A DNA stretch of 55,403 nt from Chloroflexota bacterium (GCA_032128175.1 JAQBHC010000166.1:1-55403), one strand, 5' to 3'. Numbered from the stretch's first letter, positions 29,288 to 38,719 are shown. The notes: a model not told the origin generated them from the sequence alone. Made by a program: numbers and translations.

Positions 29288-31042
29288 TCAGCGCCGCGAT
29301 CGGCCATCGAGGCGGGGCGCGAGTCCGATCAGGTCGGCGGCGGTCTCCACAGGGCGATAGTGCAGGCTGCGGAGCAGGGCAAAGACCCCGTCGCGATCCT
29401 CGTGGCAGAGCAGGACCACGATCCGCGCGGCATCGGGGCGAGAGCCAGCGGCGGCGGCCCCTGCGCCATTCAATTCGGCCTGAAGTGCGGCAACTTCGGT
29501 TTCGTAGACCGGGATTTCGCTCAGCCACCCAGCGGCGGTGGCCCCGGCCCGAAGTTCACCGATCACCGATTCGCGGGAGCGGCCGCGCAGGTAGCGCAAC
29601 GTTTCCTTGAAGACGAGCCTCTGAGCGCGCCCAGCTGCAATCGCACCCATGCCTCGGAGCGTGTCGTCGGGCCGGTCGCCGGCCGTGCCGATGATGACCG
29701 TCATCGGGATCACCCGGCCCCCGGCGCCTGCGGCGACGCCCGCGGCGACGTCGAGCAGGGCGCCCAACCCCGCCTCGTTGTGGGCGAAGTCCACGATCGC
29801 GATGCGCCCGCCATTCCGGAAGATGTTCATGCGGCCCGGCGACTCGTCCGCGGTCGGCCGGAAATCGAGCAGGCCGGCTCGCACTTCGTCGATGCTCAGG
29901 CCCAGGGCTCGTGCACCGGCCGCCGCGGCGAGTGCGTTGGCCACGTTGTGCTGTGCCAGGCCCGCCAGCGTGATCGGGACCTCGCGCACAGGCGCGATGG
30001 GGGTCCACTGGTCACCGTCGGCCTCACCGAGCTCACCTCGACGAACCAGATATGCGCGGCCCCCGCTGGCGAGGTGCCGCCGGACCGGAGTCGACGCATC
30101 CCCGCGCAACGTGAACAGGGCGACCTTCGCCCTGACGGTTCGGGCCACTGCCCGGACGAGCGGGTCGTCGGCGTTGAGGATCACCCAGCCCTCGGGCCGG
30201 GTGATCCGGCAGATCGTGGCCTTGACCTCGGCGAGTTCGGGGAGCGTGTGGATGCCGTGGAGGTCGAGGTGGTCGGACGTGACATTGGTCAGGATGCTGG
30301 CGTCGTTTGATTCATAGCCCACCCCCCGCATCACCAGGCCGCCTCGCGCGGTCTCGAGGACGGCGACATCAACGTCGGACCGGCGGAGGATCTCCTGGGC
30401 CCCGCCCGGCCCGGTCCAATCGCCGGAATCCACGATCCGCTCATCAACGAGGATGCCATCTGATGTTGTCGTCCCGACGCGGCGTCCCGCCTGGAGCAGG
30501 ATCCGGGTGATCAGTCGGGTCGTGGTCGACTTCCCGTTGGTGCCCGAGATGGAGATGATGGCCTGCCGCCGCTCGGTGTCGCGGATCCAGGGCGGCGGCG
30601 TGGCCGACGAACGGCGAATCCGGCCGGTCCACTGCTCGAGGAGCTGAGCCTGGGATCCCGTGAGCCGTGCTCGTCGAGCCGGGGTCGCCGCTCGATCGGA
30701 CATCGCGAACGCAGCCTCGGCGACGAGGCGCGCGCGCTCGGCGCCAACCCATGGCCAGGTCACGATCCAGTGGCCAGGATCGGACGATCGATGCACCCGG
30801 ATGCCGCCGACACCTTCACCGTGTGTGATCCGAAGGCGGCGAGCCCACCCGGCCAGGGTCAGGACGGGTTCGGGCCAGTCACGCTTGGGTACGGTTGCGC
30901 CAAGATGGATCAGCGCGTGGCGGGCCGGCAACCGCTGGCCGAACCATGTCCGCCGGCGTCCGATGGCGACCTCGACCTTGACCACGGGCTCGAGCCGGTA
31001 GACATTCGGTCCTTCGAGGAGGCGGATCTCGATGAGCTTCAC
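29288..31042 (-). CDS. CphA-derived Mur-ligase protein (N-like plus M domains, no ATP-grasp domain)
   Basis: Starts MKLIEIRLLEGPNVY..PVV like CphA, then SGTNGKSTT, ETARGG, TNVTSDHL, LNADD, PGRMN, DFAHN, GDR; GTG 31042 follows TATCCT. Confidence 0.88.
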   Translation of the reverse strand: MKLIEIRLLEGPNVYRLEPVVKVEVAIGRRRTWFGQRLPARHALIHLGATVPKRDWPEPVLTLAGWARRLRITHGEGVGGIRVHRSSDPGHWIVTWPWVGAERARLVAEAAFAMSDRAATPARRARLTGSQAQLLEQWTGRIRRSSATPPPWIRDTERRQAIISISGTNGKSTTTRLITRILLQAGRRVGTTTSDGILVDERIVDSGDWTGPGGAQEILRRSDVDVAVLETARGGLVMRGVGYESNDASILTNVTSDHLDLHGIHTLPELAEVKATICRITRPEGWVILNADDPLVRAVARTVRAKVALFTLRGDASTPVRRHLASGGRAYLVRRGELGEADGDQWTPIAPVREVPITLAGLAQHNVANALAAAAGARALGLSIDEVRAGLLDFRPTADESPGRMNIFRNGGRIAIVDFAHNEAGLGALLDVAAGVAAGAGGRVIPMTVIIGTAGDRPDDTLRGMGAIAAGRAQRLVFKETLRYLRGRSRESVIGELRAGATAAGWLSEIPVYETEVAALQAELNGAGAAAAGSRPDAARIVVLLCHEDRDGVFALLRSLHYRPVETAADLIGLAPRLDGRSRR

Positions 31043-31112
31043 GGTCCTCGGCAGGATAGCAACGCGCCGTTCCGGCAATTCGGGTGATCTCGTCGCGCCC
31101 TACACTCCCCGG

Positions 31113-32363
31113 ATGAACGCACGGCAGGCACCTGGGAGCGGCGTAACGCAGGCCGAGCTCGATGCGCTCGAGGCGACCGTGCGCGGTGGCTACCCGCAAT
31201 TCCTCGCCGAGCTTGAGCGTCTCTGCAACATCGATTGCGGGAGCTACTCGCCGGTGGGCGTGAACGAGATCGCGAGCTGGGTCGCCGCGGCATTCGCGGA
31301 TCTCGGCGCTGCGGTTGAGCGGAGGCCCGATCCGTCCGGCCGATATGGCGATACCGTCATCGGGACGTTTCACGGTCGAGCGGGCGGGGGCCCACGGATC
31401 CTCCTGATCGGCCACATGGATACCGTCTTCTCCGACGGCACGGTAGCGCAGCGACCCTTCAGCCTCGACGGGGACATCGCGAAGGGGGCGGGTGTCACCG
31501 ACATGAAGGGCGGCCTGCTGGCCGGAATCCATGCGCTGGCCGCGCTGCGCGGGCTCGGCGGTGGCTGGGCCGACCTTCCCTTCGAGCGAATCACCTATGT
31601 CGCGAATCCGGACGAGGAGATCGGTTCGCCGAGTTCCACGCCGCACATCCGGGAGATCGCCGCTGATTCCGATCTCTGCCTGGTCCTCGAATGCGCGCGG
31701 GCGAATGGCGACTTCGTCTCATCCCGCAAGGGCATCGCGGACCTGCGCGTCACAATCCACGGCCTGGCGGCTCACGCCGGCGTCGAACCTGAGAAGGGCC
31801 GCAACGCCATTCTTGCGGGCGCCCGAATCGTCGAGCGCATTCAGGCGCTCAACGGCCGGTGGCCGGGGGTGACGACCAATGTCGGCGTCTTCCAGTCCGG
31901 GACACGACCCAACGTGGTGCCCGACCTGGCCACTCTCGAGATTGATGTCCGCGGCGTGACGCGATCGGCGCTCGAAGCCGCTGTCGCGGCCGTTCATGCC
32001 ATTGCCGCCGAGCCCGGAGTGCCGGACATCACGGTGGAGATCGAGCAGATCGCGGGCTGGCAGCCGATGGAGAAGCTGGAGCGGTCCGGTCGTCTGGCTG
32101 AGCATGTCAAGGCCCTGGCAGGTCGCCTTGGCTTCTCGACCACGGATGTCGGCACGGGCGGAGCTTCAGATGCCAACACCACATCTGGCATGGGCGTCCC
32201 ATCGATCGATGGGCTCGGTCCCGTCGGCGGGCGAGACCACTCGCCGGAGGAGTACCTCGAGGTCAGCTCGATCGTGCCACGCACGACCCTGCTCGCCGCC
32301 CTCCTCCTGGCGGCGGGCCGTGATCCCGAGGTCGCGGCCTGGCGCCCGACCGCCGAGCCGTGA
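31113..32363 (+). CDS. M20-family metallopeptidase (carboxypeptidase G2-like)
   Basis: GHMDTVF, DMKGG, DEEIGS, AHAG, GGASDAN, HSPEEY; TACACT 6 nt before ATG 31113. Confidence 0.92.
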   Translation: MNARQAPGSGVTQAELDALEATVRGGYPQFLAELERLCNIDCGSYSPVGVNEIASWVAAAFADLGAAVERRPDPSGRYGDTVIGTFHGRAGGGPRILLIGHMDTVFSDGTVAQRPFSLDGDIAKGAGVTDMKGGLLAGIHALAALRGLGGGWADLPFERITYVANPDEEIGSPSSTPHIREIAADSDLCLVLECARANGDFVSSRKGIADLRVTIHGLAAHAGVEPEKGRNAILAGARIVERIQALNGRWPGVTTNVGVFQSGTRPNVVPDLATLEIDVRGVTRSALEAAVAAVHAIAAEPGVPDITVEIEQIAGWQPMEKLERSGRLAEHVKALAGRLGFSTTDVGTGGASDANTTSGMGVPSIDGLGPVGGRDHSPEEYLEVSSIVPRTTLLAALLLAAGRDPEVAAWRPTAEP

Positions 32364-32734
32364 GTCGGCGGCAGGTCAGCTCCGGTAGTCCCTGGGAGGG
32401 TCCCTACGGGTACAGCCGCGCAGTCGTCGTCGGCGACACATGCTGGGTCGCCGGCACGACCGACCCAGGACTCGAACATCCTGACGACCCGGCTGGGCAG
32501 GCGCGCGCTGCCCTGATGATCATCGAGGGGTCACTGGCGGAAGTCGGATTCCGCATGAGCGACGTCGTCCGAACCCGGATGTACGTCACCGATCCGATCC
32601 ACGCCGCTGCTGTGGCCGAAGTCCATGGCGAGGTCTTCGGGGACATCCGGCCCGCCGCGACGCTCGTCGTGGTCCTCGCGCTCCTCGAACCGCAGTTGCT
32701 TGTGGAGATCGAGGTGGATGCGGTCCGCTCGTAG
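32360..32734 (+). CDS. RidA/YjgF-family protein
   Basis: GYSRAV, DVVRTRMYVTD, RPAAT, LVEIEVDA; GTGA overlap with the M20 gene. Confidence 0.92.
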   Translation: MSRRQVSSGSPWEGPYGYSRAVVVGDTCWVAGTTDPGLEHPDDPAGQARAALMIIEGSLAEVGFRMSDVVRTRMYVTDPIHAAAVAEVHGEVFGDIRPAATLVVVLALLEPQLLVEIEVDAVRS

Positions 32735-32807
32735 GGACGTTCGATAGGGCCTTCGTATTCCCACGACGGGCATCAGCCGGACGGAGGGTTTCGCGAGCGC
32801 CGCCAGA

Positions 32808-33134
32808 TCACCCGAGAGCGCGGGCGACCGCAGCGATGCCGGCAGCAGCCAGCAAGCCCAGCAAGAGGCTGCCACGTACCGCCACCAGGAGCACACAGGC
32901 GCCCACCGCGACCCACTCAATACCAACATGCAATTCGGTGTGGCGCGCGGCATCGGTCACGACGATCGTGTTCAGGGCCGCCAGCGCTGCGAGGATGGCC
33001 GGCCCGACGAACCTCAGGTATGTGCGGACGCCCGCAGGGAGGCGGTGCATGCCAGGAACGAGAAGCGGGATCGCGCGCCACGGATAGGTGACCGCCCCCA
33101 TGAGGAGGGCCAGCCAGACGAGCTCAGTGCGCAT
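32808..33134 (-). CDS. azlD: AzlD-family membrane protein
   Basis: VTY..RA.P, L.FVGPAILAAL; overlaps the azlC end. Confidence 0.82.
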   Translation of the reverse strand: MRTELVWLALLMGAVTYPWRAIPLLVPGMHRLPAGVRTYLRFVGPAILAALAALNTIVVTDAARHTELHVGIEWVAVGACVLLVAVRGSLLLGLLAAAGIAAVARALG

Positions 33135-33831
33135 GGAGCCGCTCCGGGACGACCATGGCGACCGCCGGCCCGATCAGCCCACCCGCGAGGACGCCGGCCG
33201 CGGGATCCCAAGCGAGCGCGACACTGACACCGACGATCGCCCCGACCAGGGCGGCCACGAGCTCGCGACGCCCGCCGATGAGCCCGACCGCGAGCCCCGC
33301 CATGGACGCCGGGAAGATGACGTCGAGTCCGTACACCGAGGGGTCGGGGATCTGGCCTCCGACGATTGCGCCCACCAGCGTCGCAAGGTTCCAGGGGATG
33401 AATTCCGTGACTACGGCCGCCCACCAGTAGCCGCGCTCATCCCCGCGACCGATGCGCCGGAAGTGGGCGATCGACAGGGCGTAGGCCTCGTCGGTGAGGA
33501 CATGGGCCATCAGCGCGCGGATTGGCCTTGGGCGATCGGACAGGTACGGGGCGAGTGACGCGCCGTACAGGAAGTGACGCGCGTTGATGAAGGCGGTCAG
33601 CAGCACGACGCCCGGCCAGCTGAAGCCGCCAAGGACGTAGCCGATCGCGGCGAATTGGGCCGTGCCGGCGAAGACGAAGACCGACATCGCAGTGGCCTCG
33701 ATCACCGAGAACCCCGCGGCACGCGCCGCCAGTCCGTAGACGAGCCCGAAGCCGATCCCGCTGGCCACCATCCCGAGGCTGTCGAGCCGGAGGCGACGGC
33801 GGGAGGCGACGACCTCCGCGAGGGTGGCCAC
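33124..33831 (-). CDS. azlC: AzlC-family branched-chain amino acid exporter
   Basis: MS.FVFAG.AQF, INARHFLYG, LTDEAYA, GLD..FPA; start uncertain (33831 to about 33858). Confidence 0.87.
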   Translation of the reverse strand: MATLAEVVASRRRLRLDSLGMVASGIGFGLVYGLAARAAGFSVIEATAMSVFVFAGTAQFAAIGYVLGGFSWPGVVLLTAFINARHFLYGASLAPYLSDRPRPIRALMAHVLTDEAYALSIAHFRRIGRGDERGYWWAAVVTEFIPWNLATLVGAIVGGQIPDPSVYGLDVIFPASMAGLAVGLIGGRRELVAALVGAIVGVSVALAWDPAAGVLAGGLIGPAVAMVVPERLHAH

Positions 33832-33854
33832 CGGCGGCAGGTCGGACGGGTTGG

Positions 33855-34127
33855 TCAGCGCAGGAAGGTCTTCGCGCACGTGCCGTCGCAGACCACGAAG
33901 ACGGCGTGGAGATCGCGCGCGTATCCGGCAGCGTGCAGGATCCCTGGGCAGCCACGCGTCGGGCACTTCCAGACCCACCGGGATTCGGCCGGATCGAGGG
34001 GCGTCGTCTCGGCCGCGAGGGTAGCCGCCAATCCATCACGAGCCTCGATCAGCGCGGCCACGCGCGCTGCTCGGTCCTTGTCGGATTCGCTGGAGTATGG
34101 ATAACTCTGGCCGATGTTCGAGGTCAC
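33855..34127 (-). CDS. Small hypothetical protein (90 aa) with four Cys, putative zinc ribbon
   Basis: GGAGG before GTG 34127; WKCPTRGC...VVCDGTC; it is the 3' part of ORF 33855..34841. Confidence 0.7.
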   Translation of the reverse strand: MTSNIGQSYPYSSESDKDRAARVAALIEARDGLAATLAAETTPLDPAESRWVWKCPTRGCPGILHAAGYARDLHAVFVVCDGTCAKTFLR

Positions 34128-34231
34128 CGGATCCTCCGGAAAGTGGGCGTAACGAGCGCCGAGTATCGCATACGTCCGTGGCCGGCCTCGCGGGCGTTCA
34201 GTCGACTTTCGGGAACCTGACCGGGCTGGAT

Positions 34232-35530
34232 TCAGACGGAGTCTTCGATCACCGTGGGGCGGCCCGGGCCGAGGTAGTGCTCCATGCTCCGCAGGCGAGA
34301 GAGTGGCACGAGCGCCACAAGCAGGAGACCCCCGGTGGCGAGCAGGAGGCCATCCATCCCGAGGGTGTCGGCCACCACACCGCCGATCAGGCTCCCGCCG
34401 ATCTGACCGAGCGCGAGAAAGACGGAATACAGGCCCATGATCGCGCCGCGGTCCTCCGGGAACCGCTCGCTGATGTCGGCGAGGAGGCCGACGGCGGCCG
34501 GCGTGGCGCCGGCGAGCAGGAACAGCCCGATGGCGACCGCGATCGCGGAGACAGCGACAGCTGCGGCGATCAGCAGGGATCCGCCGGCCGCGAAGCCGGC
34601 GTGATTGACGACGAGGCCGGCGGCAACCAGTCCGACCCCGCCGAGAACACCAAACCAGATGATCGTCGTCCGTCGAAACTGGTCGAAGCGATTGCCCCAC
34701 CACAGGATCCCGGCGCCAAAGATGATGGCGATCACGATGGCGCCCAGGGTGATCTGCACGGCCGTGAACCCTTGCAGCAGCCACTGGTCGGGGAATGCCG
34801 GATTGGACTTGGAGAACTGGAACAGGGACTGGCTGAACCACAGCCCGATGGACGCGTTGACCGCAATCCAGGTCGGGGCCAGCAGGAGCACGTGGGAGTG
34901 TCCGATCAAATCGAGGTATCGGCGCACGGCCGCGACTGACCGAGGGGCAGGATCAACCACTGGTGCTGTGTATTGCACGCCGAACCGGTAGATCAGGAAC
35001 GAGGCGACGTAGACCAGGGCGTTGATCAGAAAGGCATCCCGGCCGATTGAGGCGAACAGGAGTGGTGCCACGATGAACCCTGCGCCAAGCCCGGCGAGTG
35101 TCGCTCCCTCGAACCGGGCGGCCGCCCGGCCGCGCAACGGTTCGTTGCCGGCGGTCGCCAGGGCGATAAACCCGAGAATCGAAGGGACCGACGCGGCCGT
35201 CGACGCTCCCTCCAGAAAGCGCGTCCCGCCAAGCAAGCCGACATGCGATGTGAACGCCGTGATGACGACCGCGATCGCCCCGAAGGCCGGCCCGTAGAGC
35301 ATGACGCGCCGCGTGCCGACGCGGTCGGCCAGAACGCCGAAGATCGGGGAGAGAATGAGTTCAGCGAGGTAGAACGCTGCAGCCAGCGCTCCGACGACCT
35401 TGGCGTCGATGTCGCTCCCGGGGGCTTTCGCGAGATCGGCCAGGTAGAACGCGAGCATGGCTCCCGTCAACCCGGTGCTGAACCGCAGCGTGAAGGTTCC
35501 GACCAGCACCCAGCGAAGGGATCGTTCCAT
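34232..35530 (-). CDS. MFS transporter
   Basis: GVLADRVGTRRV motif A, about 12 TM, DRGAIMG; TACGCT 7 nt before ATG. Confidence 0.9.
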   Translation of the reverse strand: MERSLRWVLVGTFTLRFSTGLTGAMLAFYLADLAKAPGSDIDAKVVGALAAAFYLAELILSPIFGVLADRVGTRRVMLYGPAFGAIAVVITAFTSHVGLLGGTRFLEGASTAASVPSILGFIALATAGNEPLRGRAAARFEGATLAGLGAGFIVAPLLFASIGRDAFLINALVYVASFLIYRFGVQYTAPVVDPAPRSVAAVRRYLDLIGHSHVLLLAPTWIAVNASIGLWFSQSLFQFSKSNPAFPDQWLLQGFTAVQITLGAIVIAIIFGAGILWWGNRFDQFRRTTIIWFGVLGGVGLVAAGLVVNHAGFAAGGSLLIAAAVAVSAIAVAIGLFLLAGATPAAVGLLADISERFPEDRGAIMGLYSVFLALGQIGGSLIGGVVADTLGMDGLLLATGGLLLVALVPLSRLRSMEHYLGPGRPTVIEDSV

Positions 35531-35735
35531 CCGCGGAAGCGTAGCCGGTTGCTACCAGCGCCACGTGCCCGGTGCGAGAGGGCCTTCGGCCCGGCGAGAG
35601 TGAGCCCTCGGCCCGGCGGGAGCGCGCCATCCGCCCACGCGATTCTGCTTCCAGATGCGTGCGCGTGGCCCTATGATCCTCACGAAGAGGGGCCGCGGCG
35701 CCAGCCAGGACGGCATCCCCCCGAGGAGGAGACCT

Positions 35736-36590
35736 GTGGGCCACGTCGCCATCGTCACCGATTCCGCGTCCGACCTGCAACCGGAGCGTAGCGACTCTCT
35801 TGGGATCATCGTGGTCCCGCTCGTCGTGACGTTCGGGACCGAGACCTTCAAGGCCGGCGTCGAACTGTCAACAGCGGAGTTCTGGGCCCGCATGACGGCA
35901 CCCGAGGCGCCGTTTCCGACCACCGCTGCCTGCTCGCCCGGCGACTTCAAGGCGGCCTACGACAGCGCATTCGCAGCCGGCGCGGACGCCATCGTGTCCA
36001 TCCACGTTGCTGGAACGCTGTCCGGGACCATCAAGAGCGCCGAGATCGCCAAGGGCATGCTCCCGGATCGCGAGATCCACATTGTCGACACGCTGGGCGT
36101 CTCGATGTGCGAAGGACTGCTCGCCGAGCTCGCCGTCGGCATGGCCACGGCCGGCGTCCAGGCCGCCGAGATCGCTCGGGTCTGTGAGGCACGCCGCGCT
36201 GACATCGCGACCGTCCTGACGCTCGATACCCTCGAGTACCTGAAGCGTGGCGGTCGGATCAGTGGCGCTCAGGCCGCAATTGGCACCCTCCTGTCGCTGA
36301 AGCCGATCATCGAGGTCAAGGACGGGAAGGTCGAGACCGTGGACAAGGTCCGCACCCGTGGCAAGGCACGTACCAGGGTCATCGACACCTTGTGCGTTCG
36401 CCCGGTGGAGCGGCTGTCCGTTCTTCATACGACGAACGCGGATGTCGAGACGTTTCGGGATGAGCTCGTGGCTCGGATCCCTGGCGGGATCGACCCGTCG
36501 ATGGTGACGATCGAACTCGTCGGGCCCTCCGTCGGGCCGCATCTGGGCCCGGGGTGCGTGGGGGCGGTAGCGCTCTACCGGCACGAGTAA
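35736..36590 (+). CDS. DegV-family fatty-acid-binding protein
   Basis: IVTDSASDL, LSGT, LEYLKRGGRI, LKPII, HLGPG; GAGGAGG before GTG 35736. Confidence 0.94.
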   Translation: MGHVAIVTDSASDLQPERSDSLGIIVVPLVVTFGTETFKAGVELSTAEFWARMTAPEAPFPTTAACSPGDFKAAYDSAFAAGADAIVSIHVAGTLSGTIKSAEIAKGMLPDREIHIVDTLGVSMCEGLLAELAVGMATAGVQAAEIARVCEARRADIATVLTLDTLEYLKRGGRISGAQAAIGTLLSLKPIIEVKDGKVETVDKVRTRGKARTRVIDTLCVRPVERLSVLHTTNADVETFRDELVARIPGGIDPSMVTIELVGPSVGPHLGPGCVGAVALYRHE

Positions 36591-36738
36591 ACGGGTTGCC
36601 GCGGCTATACTCCGGTCGCATTCCGCGCGTGAAGTGCCCCGCCCCCCGGGCGCGCCTCGCGCACCGTGGGGTCGTCCGGGAGACGGCTCAGCATTCGGAC
36701 CAGCGATGGAGGGTCCGAACCGGAGGAAGTCCGAACCC

Positions 36739-38004
36739 ATGACGACCGAATTCGCAACCGCCCCGATCAACGCGTGGGCCGTTGCGCAGGAACAGTTCGA
36801 TCTTGCTGCCGAGCGCCTCGGCCTCGATGAGGGTATGCGCGCCGTCCTCCGCGAGCCTCGCCGCGAACTGACCGTTCACTTTCCCGTCCACATGGACGAC
36901 GGGTCCGTTCGGGTGTTCACTGGCTACCGAGTCCAGCACAACCTGGGCCGTGGCCCCGCCAAGGGCGGCATTCGCTACCACCAGGACGTTTCACGCGACG
37001 AGGTCAAGGCCCTCGCCATGTGGATGACCTGGAAGTGTGCGGTCGTCGGCATTCCGTACGGCGGCGGCAAGGGCGGCGTCATCGTCGATCCGAAGAAGCT
37101 CTCGATCCGCGAGGTCGAGGCGCTGACACGTCGGTTCTTCACCGAGATCGAGATCCTGATCGGGCCCGAGAAGGACATCCCGGCTCCGGACGTCAACACG
37201 AACGCCCAGATCATGGCCTGGATGATGGACACCTACTCGATGCACGCCGGGTACACCGTCCCGGGCGTGGTCACGGGCAAGCCAATCAGCCTCGGCGGGT
37301 CGGAGGGACGTAACGAAGCCACCGCGCGGGGAACCGTCTTCTGCATCATCGAGGCCACCCGCCATCTCGGCATGGAACTCAACAAGTCACGAGTTGCGAT
37401 TCAGGGCTTCGGCAACGCCGGCTCGATCGCTGCGACCCTCATCTCCGCCGAGGGATCGACGGTCGTCGCGGTCTCGGACTCCACCGGCGGGATCCATAAC
37501 GCCGCCGGTCTCGACATCGCAAGGGTCATCGCCTGGAAGAAGGAGCACGGCACCGTCCAGGGCTTCCCCGGAGCGATCGATGTCTCCAGCTCCGACGTCC
37601 TGACCGTTGACTGCGACATCCTGATCCCGGCCGCGCTCGAGAACCAGATCACCGCGGACAACGCCGACGACGTCAAGGCTCGACTGATCGCCGAGGCCGC
37701 CAACGGCCCGACGACGCCGGAGGCGGACCAGATCCTCTGGAAGAAGTCCAAGTTCATGATTCCGGACATCCTGTGCAATGCCGGTGGCGTCACCGTCTCG
37801 TACTTCGAGTGGGTGCAGGATCTCAATCGCGACCACTGGAGCGAGGCGGTCGTCAACGAGAAGCTCAAGGAGATCATGGTCAAGGCCTTCAGCGAGACCC
37901 TCGCGGTGGCGCGCCGCGAGCAGTGCGACATGCGGACCGCTGCCTATCTCCTGGCGGTGGCGCGGGTTGCCGACGCGATGGCCATGCGCGGCCTTTACCC
38001 GTAG
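36739..38004 (+). CDS. gdhA: Glu/Leu/Phe/Val dehydrogenase (glutamate dehydrogenase)
   Basis: GPAKGGIRYH, GGGKGG, DIPAPD, GFGNAG, EAANGP, NAGGVTVSYFEWVQ; GGAGGA before ATG 36739. Confidence 0.95.
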   Translation: MTTEFATAPINAWAVAQEQFDLAAERLGLDEGMRAVLREPRRELTVHFPVHMDDGSVRVFTGYRVQHNLGRGPAKGGIRYHQDVSRDEVKALAMWMTWKCAVVGIPYGGGKGGVIVDPKKLSIREVEALTRRFFTEIEILIGPEKDIPAPDVNTNAQIMAWMMDTYSMHAGYTVPGVVTGKPISLGGSEGRNEATARGTVFCIIEATRHLGMELNKSRVAIQGFGNAGSIAATLISAEGSTVVAVSDSTGGIHNAAGLDIARVIAWKKEHGTVQGFPGAIDVSSSDVLTVDCDILIPAALENQITADNADDVKARLIAEAANGPTTPEADQILWKKSKFMIPDILCNAGGVTVSYFEWVQDLNRDHWSEAVVNEKLKEIMVKAFSETLAVARREQCDMRTAAYLLAVARVADAMAMRGLYP

Positions 38005-38024
38005 GCCTACGGCCGGCCGCCAAC

Positions 38025-38056
38025 CGAAGAGCCCCGGTTCACGCCGGGGCTCTTCG
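38025..38056 (+). terminator. Terminator-like hairpin after gdhA
   Basis: Perfect 13-bp stem CGAAGAGCCCCGG/CCGGGGCTCTTCG with 6-nt loop; weak U tract. Confidence 0.7.
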
Positions 38057-38113
38057 ATTCAGCCCCGGCGGAGGTCGGCCGAGCACGCAGATCTGAGTGC
38101 TACCATCGCGGAC

Positions 38114-38719
38114 ATGCTCGACCACGAAGAGAAGTTCCTGTTCAAGGAGGAGATCGGCCATCTCGCCAACGCGGTGGCCGAACCCGGCACGCTCGATAAT
38201 GTCGAGGATCTCCTCACGGATGTGATCACCAGTCCGCGTTTCGATTCCGAGGTGTTCACCCTGGAGCGCAGCCTGCAGGTGATGCTCGGCGCTCGGGCCG
38301 GGACGACGCTCGTCGGCCTGCTCACCGTGGCCCCCGAGGTCTTCGACGAGGTGGCCGAGGTGCACATTCCGCCGGAGGTACACGAGCGCCTCGTGGCCTG
38401 GCGCGCGCGTTTCGGGCTGGCCATCGACAACGCTCTGAACTACCTGAACAACCCGGACGGTATTCAGGGCCACAACTTCGCGACGCAGATCGCGCATGTC
38501 GAAGATCGCCGCGTGCTGCAGGGCCGCCTGACTCTCGTCCGCTACAACAACGAACCGCAGTTCTTCGTCGCCGATGCGGTCGTGTTCCTGAGTCTTATTG
38601 CCGACGTGATGGAACGTCTCGGCCCCTATCTCGAGCCGGATGCGGTGGACGCGGACACGATGGCGCGACTGCGCGACGGTGTGCAGTTGGTCGAGCGCAA
38701 GTCGGCGCCACGACCCTAG
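38114..38719 (+). CDS. Hypothetical soluble protein (201 aa)
   Basis: ATG 38114 is 7 nt after TACCAT; natural composition; fills the intergenic gap. Confidence 0.75.
   Translation: MLDHEEKFLFKEEIGHLANAVAEPGTLDNVEDLLTDVITSPRFDSEVFTLERSLQVMLGARAGTTLVGLLTVAPEVFDEVAEVHIPPEVHERLVAWRARFGLAIDNALNYLNNPDGIQGHNFATQIAHVEDRRVLQGRLTLVRYNNEPQFFVADAVVFLSLIADVMERLGPYLEPDAVDADTMARLRDGVQLVERKSAPRP

Noticed and set aside
36703-36712. GCGATGGAG resembling the start of a fluoride riboswitch
   Set aside because: The rest of the aptamer is missing and the downstream gene does not fit.
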